Source of the DNA: an uncultured Acidobacteriota bacterium
Lineage (GTDB): Bacteria > Acidobacteriota > JAQAZP01
Length of the DNA stretch: 64,000 bases
Assembly: GCA_963836075.1 (NCBI GenBank)
Contig: CAWIIB010000009.1
Span: 2,848,001-2,912,000, forward strand
Direction: 5' to 3'
A model generated the notes under the pieces. It was given only the letters and a program-made list of their open reading frames with translations, was not told where the DNA came from and did not search any database. The position numbers and the translations under genes are program-made. Positions 56,351 to 64,000 of this stretch are shown here, piece after piece (within the stretch, counting starts at the first letter, position 1; the number at the start of each line of letters is the position of its first letter).

Positions 56351-58855
56351 ATGTCTCGTCAGCAGGAGAGGAGAATAGCGGAACGGCAGTGCTGGATGAC
56401 GGCCCTGGCCCTCAGTGCACTGCTCCTCGCCGGGTCCCTCTGCGGGGCGGTGGAAATCCCCGAGGCGGCCCTCTTCATGCAGCGCTCCATCTCCCAGGCC
56501 CAGCTGGCCGGTGACCGGGTGCGGGCCGCCGGTGACCTCACGGCACTGGCCGAACTGTCCCCGCCGCTCTCCCGGGCGCTGCACCACCGGTTCCTCCGGG
56601 GTGTGTTGTACGAGGAGGCGGGGGAGCGGCTGGCGGCCCGGGAGGCGTACCAGGGCTACCTCGCCGAGGAGGGGGAGGAGGCCCTGCTCGCTCCCTATGC
56701 CCTGCAGCGCCTGGCCGCACTGTTGGAGCTGGACGGGGAGCCGGCCGCGGCGGCCGGGGCATTTGAACGGGCGGCCGTGTCCGGCGGTCCGGGCTGGCCA
56801 TCCTACGGGGAAGCGATCCATGGCGCCGTGCGCTGTGCGTCGGCCGCCGGTGACTGCGGCGAGGCCGCCCGGCTCTGTAAACTGCTGCAGGGCAGGAAAC
56901 ACCGGAACCTGTCCCGCCGGGCCGGGGTTCTGCTGAGCCGCTGTCTCATCGATAGCGGCGAACGGGAAGCCGGGCGCTGGCGGCTCCAGATGCTGCTGGG
57001 CGAAGACCAGGGGGATGACCCGGCCCTGGAGGCGTACCAGCTGCTCTCCCGGCCGGAAACGAAAACGGGAGGAGCGGAGAAGACCACGTCGATGTTCGCC
57101 TCGCCCCGGGAAGAGGCGTGGTGCATGGGCAACGCGGCTTACCGCAACCGGCTGTTCGACGAGGCGGTGGACTGGCTGAGCCGCCTGATCAGCACCGGCG
57201 AGAGCAGCAATAGTTCCTACCAGGACAAGGCCACGTTTCTCATCGGCCGCTGCCGCCTCCTCGAGGGGGATTTCGCCTCGGCCCGCCAGTGGTTTCTGCT
57301 CGTCGGCGAGCAGTTCCCCAAGACCCTTTCCGGCCAGGACGGTCTCTACTTCGGGGCAGTGTGCCACCTGCGGGTAGGGAAGGACGAGGCCGCTCTGCAG
57401 GAGCTGAACAGGTTGGCGGTCGCCGACACCCGGCCTTCGGTGGCGACCAAGGCGGCGACCACCGCGGCCTGGCCGCTGAAAAAGGAGCGGGACGCCGCCG
57501 GCCTCGACCGCCTGGCCGTTCGGGCGGGCGAACTGGGCGGGGGCCCGGTCACCAGGGCCGGCATCCTGATGCACCTGGCCGATGTCCAGCGCCGCAGCGG
57601 AGAGATCCCCTCGGCCATGGCCACACTGCAGCGGGTGATCAACCTCACCGGCCGCGACCAGCCGGTCCATGCCGAGGCCGCCCTCTGGCTGGCCCGGCAC
57701 CTGGCGGACGCCGGCCGGCTGCCCGAGGCCCTGCAGCAGTGCCTCCATGTCTCGCGGCTGGAGGTGCCCTCCCTCTTCCGCCGCCAGGCGCGGGTCATCG
57801 CCTCAAAGCTGGCCCGCTCGGCCTATGCCGACCAGGACCAGATCCTGATCCAGGGCGCCCGCAACCTGATGGAAGCCGACGACCACAGCGCCGCGCGGGA
57901 AGAACTGGAGAAGTTCCTGCTCACCTGTGGCTGGAGCTCCAAGCGGAGGGTGGTGCTCAACCTGCTCCAGGAACTCTACCGCCGGGAGGTCCCCTACAAC
58001 ATCCCCTACTGGGTCCGGGCGCTCCTGCCCGCCGACCTGGAGCAGGCGGCCAGCCGGGGCCGGGAGGGCGACGGGCTGCGGCGTGCGGCCGCCCTGCTGC
58101 GCATCGGCCTGTTCCGCGAGGCGGCGGATGAGCTGGAGGCGGGGGCGCGGTCGACACTGGACCGCTATGACCGTCAGTATTCAATCGCCCTCTGGGCGAT
58201 GATGGGCGGCAACAACGCCCTCTCGGTGCGCGCCGTGGAGCGGCTCACCAGTTCGGTGCCGCCGGCGGCCGTGCAGGAGGCCCTGCCGCTGAACATCCGG
58301 CTGCTCCTCTTCCCCGGCCACTTCTACCCGCTGGTGGAACGGGAAGCGGAAAAGCGCGGTCTCGACCCGCTGCTGGTGCTCTCCGTGCTGCGCGAGGAGA
58401 GCCGGTTCGGCAGCGGCGTGCGGTCGGGCGCCGCGGCCCGGGGACTGATGCAGATCCTCCCCGAGACCGCTGCCGAAGTTTCCCGGCAGTACGGCATCGA
58501 GTACGCCGGCGCCGACGACCTCTACCGGCCTGAAGTCTCCATCGCCATCGGTACCGCCTACCTGGCCTCACTGGTGGAGCGCTACCAGGGCAATGTGGCC
58601 GCCGCCCTGTCGGCCTACAACGGGGGCGAGGCCAACGCCGACCGCTGGGTCGCCGGTGCCTCCGACCCCGGCGACCCGTTCGACTACATCCGCGAAGTGA
58701 CCTTTCGCGAGTCCCGCAACTACGTGATCAAGGTGCTCTCCAGCTACGGGGCCTACCAGACCCTGGACACGAAACTTGTGGAGCACACCGGCGAGATCGT
58801 CGGTTCGTTCGTCGACTGGGATCTCTTCAGCGCTGACCTGCCCGCGGTGCACTGA
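56351..58855 (+). CDS. slt: Soluble lytic transglycosylase with TPR region (Slt70-like)
   Basis: Signal peptide, TPR helices, REESRF, GARGLMQ-like AAARGLMQI, AYNGG, ESRNYV. Confidence 0.9.
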   Translation: MSRQQERRIAERQCWMTALALSALLLAGSLCGAVEIPEAALFMQRSISQAQLAGDRVRAAGDLTALAELSPPLSRALHHRFLRGVLYEEAGERLAAREAYQGYLAEEGEEALLAPYALQRLAALLELDGEPAAAAGAFERAAVSGGPGWPSYGEAIHGAVRCASAAGDCGEAARLCKLLQGRKHRNLSRRAGVLLSRCLIDSGEREAGRWRLQMLLGEDQGDDPALEAYQLLSRPETKTGGAEKTTSMFASPREEAWCMGNAAYRNRLFDEAVDWLSRLISTGESSNSSYQDKATFLIGRCRLLEGDFASARQWFLLVGEQFPKTLSGQDGLYFGAVCHLRVGKDEAALQELNRLAVADTRPSVATKAATTAAWPLKKERDAAGLDRLAVRAGELGGGPVTRAGILMHLADVQRRSGEIPSAMATLQRVINLTGRDQPVHAEAALWLARHLADAGRLPEALQQCLHVSRLEVPSLFRRQARVIASKLARSAYADQDQILIQGARNLMEADDHSAAREELEKFLLTCGWSSKRRVVLNLLQELYRREVPYNIPYWVRALLPADLEQAASRGREGDGLRRAAALLRIGLFREAADELEAGARSTLDRYDRQYSIALWAMMGGNNALSVRAVERLTSSVPPAAVQEALPLNIRLLLFPGHFYPLVEREAEKRGLDPLLVLSVLREESRFGSGVRSGAAARGLMQILPETAAEVSRQYGIEYAGADDLYRPEVSIAIGTAYLASLVERYQGNVAAALSAYNGGEANADRWVAGASDPGDPFDYIREVTFRESRNYVIKVLSSYGAYQTLDTKLVEHTGEIVGSFVDWDLFSADLPAVH

Positions 58856-58877
58856 TCCCCCTGGAAGGAGCTGCCCC

Positions 58878-59489
58878 ATGGGCCAGATGGAAATCGAAGT
58901 GAAATACATCCTCCCCGGGGGCGCCGTGGAGGCGGACCGTCTGGCCCGGCGGATCGCCGGGCTGGCCGGTGCCGGGGGAGGGGAGCCGCAAGCGGGCCCC
59001 CGGCATTTCGAGGACAACTACCTCCTCGACTACCCGGGCACTCCCATCCGCCGCCAGGGGTGCGGTTTCCGGCTGCGCCTGACCCCGCTGGCCGACACCC
59101 TTACCTGGAAGGGGCCGGCACGGCCCGACCCCCGGCTGAAGATTCGAGAGGAGATCGAGGTGGGCATCGCCGGGGGGCGGGCCCTGCTGACCATCCTCGA
59201 GCGGATCGGCCTGCGGGTCATTTTCCGCTATCAGAAGTTCAGGCAGGCCTTCCCGCTGGCCGGGGGGCTGACCGCGGTGATCGACGAGACGCCCTTCGGC
59301 TGGTTCACCGAACTGGAGGGCCCCCCGGAAGAGATCGAGCGGGTCAGCCACCTGCTGGAACTGGACCCGGCGAACCACGTCCGGGCCAGTTATGCGGGAT
59401 ATTTTGTCATGGAGCTCGAACGCCAGGGGCGGAAGGGGGAGACTGAGGTGCTGTTTCCTCCGCAGCGTCTGGAGAAGGAAGAGACGTGA
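58878..59489 (+). CDS. CYTH-domain triphosphate tunnel metalloenzyme (class IV adenylate cyclase-like)
   Basis: EIEVK, RLR, TWKGP, REEIE, YQKFR, DETP.G.F.ELEG, SY. Confidence 0.88.
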   Translation: MGQMEIEVKYILPGGAVEADRLARRIAGLAGAGGGEPQAGPRHFEDNYLLDYPGTPIRRQGCGFRLRLTPLADTLTWKGPARPDPRLKIREEIEVGIAGGRALLTILERIGLRVIFRYQKFRQAFPLAGGLTAVIDETPFGWFTELEGPPEEIERVSHLLELDPANHVRASYAGYFVMELERQGRKGETEVLFPPQRLEKEET

Positions 59490-60562
59490 GCACGGCGACC
59501 ACGGCGATGATCCTCGCGGCCGGCCTGGGCACGCGGATGGACCCGCTGACCCGCCAGCGGGCCAAGCCGGCTCTGCGTCTCTTTGACCTGCCGCTGATCG
59601 CCTGGCCCATGGCCTTTCTGGCCCGCTGCGGGGTCAAGCGTCTGGTGGTCAATTTGCACCACCTTCCCGGCACCCTGGAGCCGGAGCTGGTCCGCTTTTC
59701 ACGCCGGCTGGGGCTTCACCTGACCCTCTCCCGTGAAGAGGATGAAATCCTCGGCACCGGGGGCGGCCTCGGCGCGGCCGCTTCACAACTGCTGGAAGCC
59801 GGCCCATCAACCATGCTGCTGCTCAACGCCGACTCCCTCTTTTTCGGCGATCTGGCCGCGGCGGGCGAGGCGCACCGGGCCGGCGGGGCGGAAGCCTCGA
59901 TGCTGCTCCAGCCGCCCCCGCCGGGGGGGCGCTATGGCCTGGTGCAGACGGACAGTGAGGGCCGGGTGGTCTCCATTGCCGGCAAGCCGGCGCCGCCGGC
60001 GCCGCCGGCCGCGGAGTGGATGTTCGTCGGCATCCACTTTTTCGAACCGGCTTTGCTGCGGCGGATTCCGGCGGGCCGGGCGGTGGATATCAACGCCGAC
60101 GTCTACCGCGGGATGATCGGCGGGGGGGAGACGGTGCGGGGACTCCCGGTGAGCGGCTCCTGGCTCGATTTCGGCACGCCGCGGACCTTTCTGCGCAGTG
60201 CCCTGGCCCTGCTGGACGATGGCGCAGCGGGCGGCGATCTCTTTCCGCTGCCGCTGGAGCTGCCGGGCCGGTTCGATTCTGCCGCGCCGGCCTACCTGGG
60301 GCCTGATGCTCGCGTCTCTCCTGAAGCCCGGCTGCGACGGGCCGCGGTGGGTGGGGAGAGCGTGGTGGGGGACGGCTGCGCGCTCACCAGCAGCCTGCTG
60401 ATGGAGGGCTGCCGGCTGGGCCGTGAGGTGCACCTCGAGGAGTGCCTGGTGGGTCCGGGCACGGTGCTGCCCCACCATTTCTCCGCCCGGGGGGAACTGC
60501 TCAGCCAGGCCGGGGCGGGCGGGATGCCGGAACGCCGGCCGCTGGGAGGGAGTGTGGGGTGA
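59486..60562 (+). CDS. murU: Sugar-1-phosphate nucleotidyltransferase, MurU-like
   Basis: MILAAGLGTRM.PLT...KP, VNLHH, E...LGTGGG, NAD, WLDFGTP; adjacent to amgK-like gene. Confidence 0.7.
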   Translation: MSTATTAMILAAGLGTRMDPLTRQRAKPALRLFDLPLIAWPMAFLARCGVKRLVVNLHHLPGTLEPELVRFSRRLGLHLTLSREEDEILGTGGGLGAAASQLLEAGPSTMLLLNADSLFFGDLAAAGEAHRAGGAEASMLLQPPPPGGRYGLVQTDSEGRVVSIAGKPAPPAPPAAEWMFVGIHFFEPALLRRIPAGRAVDINADVYRGMIGGGETVRGLPVSGSWLDFGTPRTFLRSALALLDDGAAGGDLFPLPLELPGRFDSAAPAYLGPDARVSPEARLRRAAVGGESVVGDGCALTSSLLMEGCRLGREVHLEECLVGPGTVLPHHFSARGELLSQAGAGGMPERRPLGGSVG

Positions 60563-61560
60563 CCGATATGCCATCCGACCTGTCACCACGGACCGTCCGA
60601 GGGCTGGCCCGTCTCGGCCGGCCGGCTGCCGGCTGGGCACGGCTGGCCGGAGATGCCTCGGTGCGGCGGTTCTACCGCCGGGCCGCGGCGTCCGGGTCCC
60701 CGCCGGAAATCCTGATGGACACCGGTGAGCCGTTTGTGGAGGGCCAGGACCCTTTCTGTCTCACCGCCCGTTTCCTGGAGCAGCATCGCCTGCCGGTGCC
60801 GGAGGTCCGGGCGGTGGACGGGGAGGCCGGCCTGGTGCTGCTGGAGGACCTGGGTGACCGCACCCTGGAGAGCTGCTTCCCCGAAGTGCGGAGGGAGCGT
60901 CTCTACGAGGCCGCGGTGGACCTGCTCTGCGACCTCCAGTCCCTCGACGCCGGGCAGCTTCCTCACCGGCTCCCGGCCCGCCGGCTCTTTTTCGACGAAA
61001 AGAAGCTCCTTTGGGAGCTGCACTTCTTTCACCGCAATTTCTTCGGCGGCCTGCTGGGCCTGACCCTGCCAACCGTGGAGGAGGACGCGCTGCAGGAGTT
61101 CTACCGGCACCTCTGCTCCCGGTTGGCCGGATTGCGGCCCCGGGTTTTTTGTCACCGCGACTACCACAGCCGCAACCTGATGGTCACCGGGGACCGGCTG
61201 GTGATGGTGGACTTCCAGGATGCCCGTCTGGGGCCGGAGACCTATGACCTGGTGTCACTGCTCAGGGACTGCTACGTGGAGCTGGGGGAGGAGTTGGAGC
61301 GCCGCCTGATCGGCCGCTATCTCCGGCAGCGGGACCCGGCGGCCGAGGGGGAGGAGTTCCAGCAGCGCTTCGAACTCACTGCCCTGCAGCGGGGGATCAA
61401 AGCCGCGGGAACGTTTTCCCACCAGGCGGCGGAGCGGGCCAACCGCCGCTACCTGGCCTCCATGCCCCTCACCGCCAGGCACCTCGGCCGGGCCTTTGGC
61501 GCCCTGTCCGAATACGCTGAACCCGGCCGGATCATCCTCTCCCGGCTGGCCACCCTCTGA
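60559..61560 (+). CDS. amgK: AmgK-like anomeric MurNAc/GlcNAc kinase (APH family)
   Basis: LAGDASVRRFYR, LLEDLGD, HRDYHSRNLM, DFQDA..GP..YDLVSLL.D. Confidence 0.8.
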   Translation: MTDMPSDLSPRTVRGLARLGRPAAGWARLAGDASVRRFYRRAAASGSPPEILMDTGEPFVEGQDPFCLTARFLEQHRLPVPEVRAVDGEAGLVLLEDLGDRTLESCFPEVRRERLYEAAVDLLCDLQSLDAGQLPHRLPARRLFFDEKKLLWELHFFHRNFFGGLLGLTLPTVEEDALQEFYRHLCSRLAGLRPRVFCHRDYHSRNLMVTGDRLVMVDFQDARLGPETYDLVSLLRDCYVELGEELERRLIGRYLRQRDPAAEGEEFQQRFELTALQRGIKAAGTFSHQAAERANRRYLASMPLTARHLGRAFGALSEYAEPGRIILSRLATL

Positions 61561-61573
61561 AACGGCACGGTAC

Positions 61574-61603
61574 AAAAAAAAGCCGGCCGCCAGTGGCGGC
61601 CGG
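61574..61603 (-). terminator. Rho-independent terminator on the minus strand
   Basis: CCGGCCGCC-ACT-GGCGGCCGG followed by C and T8. Confidence 0.8.
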
Positions 61604-61668
61604 GTGGGTCAGTGGCATGTTGCAAGGGAGGTTGGTGAGATGATTCCTCTTGCAGCCCGATGCACGTC
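61574..61668 (-). ncRNA. Candidate sigma54-dependent small RNA (~95 nt)
   Basis: Bounded by a sigma54 promoter (61679-61694) and a terminator; no ORF with RBS; internal hairpin TGCAAG...CTTGCA. Confidence 0.5.
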
Positions 61669-61678
61669 CACTATCTAT

Positions 61679-61694
61679 AGCAGGTTCCGTGCCA
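61679..61694 (-). promoter_or_regulatory. sigma54 (-24/-12) promoter
   Basis: TGGCACG-GAAC-CTGCT versus consensus TGGCACG-N4-TTGCW. Confidence 0.65.
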
Positions 61695-61860
61695 CTTTGG
61701 TGATCAGCACCCACCAGGGCCTTACTATCGAAGAAAGTCGTTTGAAATGTGTGCGATGGGTTGCTCCGCGGGCTTCTGGATCAGTGGGGGCGGTCCGCTC
61801 GTGGTGCATGACCTTTTGACACGGCACCGGTCAGTGGTGCCGTTTTGGCACGACAGGACG

Positions 61861-63228
61861 TCATTCACCGTAGCCCAGCGCTCGTAGCTGCTCGCGAACC
61901 ACCGGGTCCTGGAGGGGCAGGTCGCCGGCCGGGGGGACTTCGCTTCCCTCCTGCCAGGCCCGCAGCGTCTGGAGCATCTGCCGGGCCACGGCTTCCTCGC
62001 TGGCGTACAGGTTTTCCGTCTCTCCGGGGTCCAGCGCCAGGTGGAACAGCTCGGGGTCCCCGCCGGCCGAACTGATCAGGTGCCAATCTCCACTGATCAC
62101 CGAGTATTGCTCCCCGGCCAGGAAGGGCCTGGGCGGCCGGGCAAAGGGCCGCCGCTGGCTGATCACCGCCTGCCGGGGTATGGTGCCGCCGGCCATCAAC
62201 GGTTGCAGGGACTGTCCCTCGGTATCCGGCGGGGGCTCCATGCCCAGCAGGTGGAGCAGTGTCGGCATCAGGTCCAGCAGGCTCACCGGTCCCTGGTGCA
62301 GGGCGGCCCCGGTGGAAGCGGGCCCTTCCGGCGCCCTGATCAGCAGCGGGACGGCCAGCTGGTGGTGGTAGAGAAACTCACCGTGGTCAAAGGCGTAAGC
62401 CCGGCGCTGCAGCAGCTCGGCCATCGATTCGCCATGGTCGGCGGTGACGGCGATCAGTGAACGGTGGAACGAACCGTGGCGCCGCATGGCCGCCAGCAGT
62501 CGACCCAGGTTGTGGTCGGCCCAGCCGATTTCGGCATCGTAGGCCGCCACCGTCTTTTCCACCATCTCCTCAGTCACATCACCGGGCCGTCGGAGAAAGG
62601 CGAATTTCAGCGGCAGTTCCAGGGAGGGGACATTGAAGCGGTCCCGGTATTCCTTCGGCGCATGGTAGGGCGTGTGCGGGTCCCAGAGGTGGACCCAGAG
62701 AAAGAACGGTTTTTCGTCCCGGCCGGTCAGCCACTGGATCGCTTCGTCCACCACCTCGCCGGCATCCCGTTCCAGTTCCGGGCCTGAGTAGACCTGGAAC
62801 CCCTGGTCGAGGCCGAACCGGGCGTGGACCGGGAAGGCGCCCACAAAGGCGGCGGTGGCGTATCCGCGGTCGGCCAGCAGTTCGGCCAACGTCACGGCGC
62901 TCTGCGGCAGGACCGCGCCGTTGTTCAGCACGCCGAGGCTTCGCGGGTGGCGGCCGGTGAGCAGGGCGGCGTGGGAGGGGGTGGTTGTGGGCATGGGGCA
63001 GAGGGCATCGAGAAAGAGGTGCCCCGAACGGGCCAGCCGGTCGAGGTGCGGGCTGGTGGGGCGCCGGCAGCCGTAACAGCCCAGGTGGTCGGCCCGCAGG
63101 GTGTCCACGGTGACCAGCAGGACCGGGGTGTCCGGGGCCGGGCCCTGCCGGCTGCAGCCGGAAAGCAGGCTTAAGATCGCCAGCACGAGGCCGGCGCCGC
63201 TGAATACTATCCTTTTCCCGAGGGACAT
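61861..63228 (-). CDS. Sulfatase-like lipoprotein (alkaline-phosphatase superfamily)
   Basis: Lipobox LSGC, VDTLRADHLGCYG, TTPSHAALLTG, DPHTPY, YDAEI, ADHGE, DPGE, ...REQLRALGYGE. Confidence 0.87.
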   Translation of the reverse strand: MSLGKRIVFSGAGLVLAILSLLSGCSRQGPAPDTPVLLVTVDTLRADHLGCYGCRRPTSPHLDRLARSGHLFLDALCPMPTTTPSHAALLTGRHPRSLGVLNNGAVLPQSAVTLAELLADRGYATAAFVGAFPVHARFGLDQGFQVYSGPELERDAGEVVDEAIQWLTGRDEKPFFLWVHLWDPHTPYHAPKEYRDRFNVPSLELPLKFAFLRRPGDVTEEMVEKTVAAYDAEIGWADHNLGRLLAAMRRHGSFHRSLIAVTADHGESMAELLQRRAYAFDHGEFLYHHQLAVPLLIRAPEGPASTGAALHQGPVSLLDLMPTLLHLLGMEPPPDTEGQSLQPLMAGGTIPRQAVISQRRPFARPPRPFLAGEQYSVISGDWHLISSAGGDPELFHLALDPGETENLYASEEAVARQMLQTLRAWQEGSEVPPAGDLPLQDPVVREQLRALGYGE

Positions 63229-63369
63229 TGGGGCCTCCACAGGTCGTCCGGCAACCTTAATGAGTCGTCGCGACAAAAGTCAAGGTGACTCCGCTGGCCC
63301 GGCCGGTTTACAATTCCCGGGTGGCCGGAGGTTCCGGCAGGTCACCGCGAGCGGGGGGATGGAGGAAGG

Positions 63370-63996
63370 ATGGGCGGTAAGACAAAGAACAGCCGCAGGT
63401 GGCTCCTGGAAGATGAATCGACGCTTCCCCGCGGTGCGCAGTTGCTGCTTCACGTCTGCTGTGCGCCCTGCTCCGCGGGGTCGCTGCGCCGGCTTTGTGA
63501 ACTCTTCCGGGTGACCATGTTTTTCGCCAACTCCAACATCCACCCCGCGGAGGAGTATCGCCGGCGGTTGGATGCCGCCCGCACCCTGGCCGGCAGCCTC
63601 GATGTCCCGCTGCTGGAGGCGGCCTATGAACCCCGCAGCTGGGCCGCCGCCGTGCGCGGGCAGGAAACCGCCCCCGAGGGCGGAGAGCGCTGTGCGTCCT
63701 GCATCAGCATGCGGCTGCGGGTGACTGCCCGCCACGCGGCGGACCAGCGGTTCCCCCTCTTCGCCACCACGCTGACCATCAGCCCGCGCAAGGACCCTGG
63801 GCTGGTCAACCCGGCCGGCCTGGCCGCCGCCGAGGAATTCGGTGTGCGGTTCCTGCGCTGCGACCTGAAGAAGAACGAGGGCTTCCTCGAATCGGTGCGG
63901 GTCAGCCGGGACCTCAACCTCTACCGCCAGCACTACTGCGGCTGCCGCTACAGCCTTCCCGCGGCTGAAAAAAATGCCCCTCCCGATGACGCGTAA
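63370..63996 (+). CDS. queH: Epoxyqueuosine reductase QueH
   Basis: LLLHVCCAPCS, NSNIHP..EY..R, EGGERC..C..MRL, LTISP.K, LYRQHYCGC.YS. Confidence 0.93.
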   Translation: MGGKTKNSRRWLLEDESTLPRGAQLLLHVCCAPCSAGSLRRLCELFRVTMFFANSNIHPAEEYRRRLDAARTLAGSLDVPLLEAAYEPRSWAAAVRGQETAPEGGERCASCISMRLRVTARHAADQRFPLFATTLTISPRKDPGLVNPAGLAAAEEFGVRFLRCDLKKNEGFLESVRVSRDLNLYRQHYCGCRYSLPAAEKNAPPDDA

Positions 63997-64000
63997 CGCC

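Overview
GC-rich bacterial chromosome segment from a diderm, probably anaerobic lineage (it has an outer-membrane barrel, Pta, QueH and a 2-hydroxyacyl-CoA dehydratase); I cannot assign taxonomy from the sequence alone. 1-21 kb holds secreted proteases and modular surface proteins (tricorn protease, a signal-peptide TldD/TldE pair, a gingipain-like C25 peptidase and a beta-helix protein sharing an FG-GAP C-terminal module), plus radC, an ANKH/MATE-like transporter, a DTW-domain fusion and lsrF with a Zn-dehydrogenase. 21.7-53.9 kb is a Wzx/Wzy-type exopolysaccharide locus with an unusual tailoring kit: a CapD dehydratase fused to an intact receiver domain, a tyrosine kinase lacking its Tyr tail, four GNATs, a PIG-L deacetylase, a sulfotransferase, Thr-nucleophile 'sulfatases' sharing an (R/Q)LxxLGY C-terminal motif, a GH123-like protein and a fused activator/2-hydroxyacyl-CoA dehydratase. 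54-64 kb holds pta, an slt-CYTH-murU-amgK cell-wall recycling operon, a candidate ~95-nt sigma54-dependent sRNA, another sulfatase-like gene and queH. Six genes are split by frameshifts. Four of these fall at (reconstructed) CAGTAC sites, which suggests methylation-related sequencing error rather than real pseudogenes. I recognised no rRNA, tRNA, CRISPR array or transposase.
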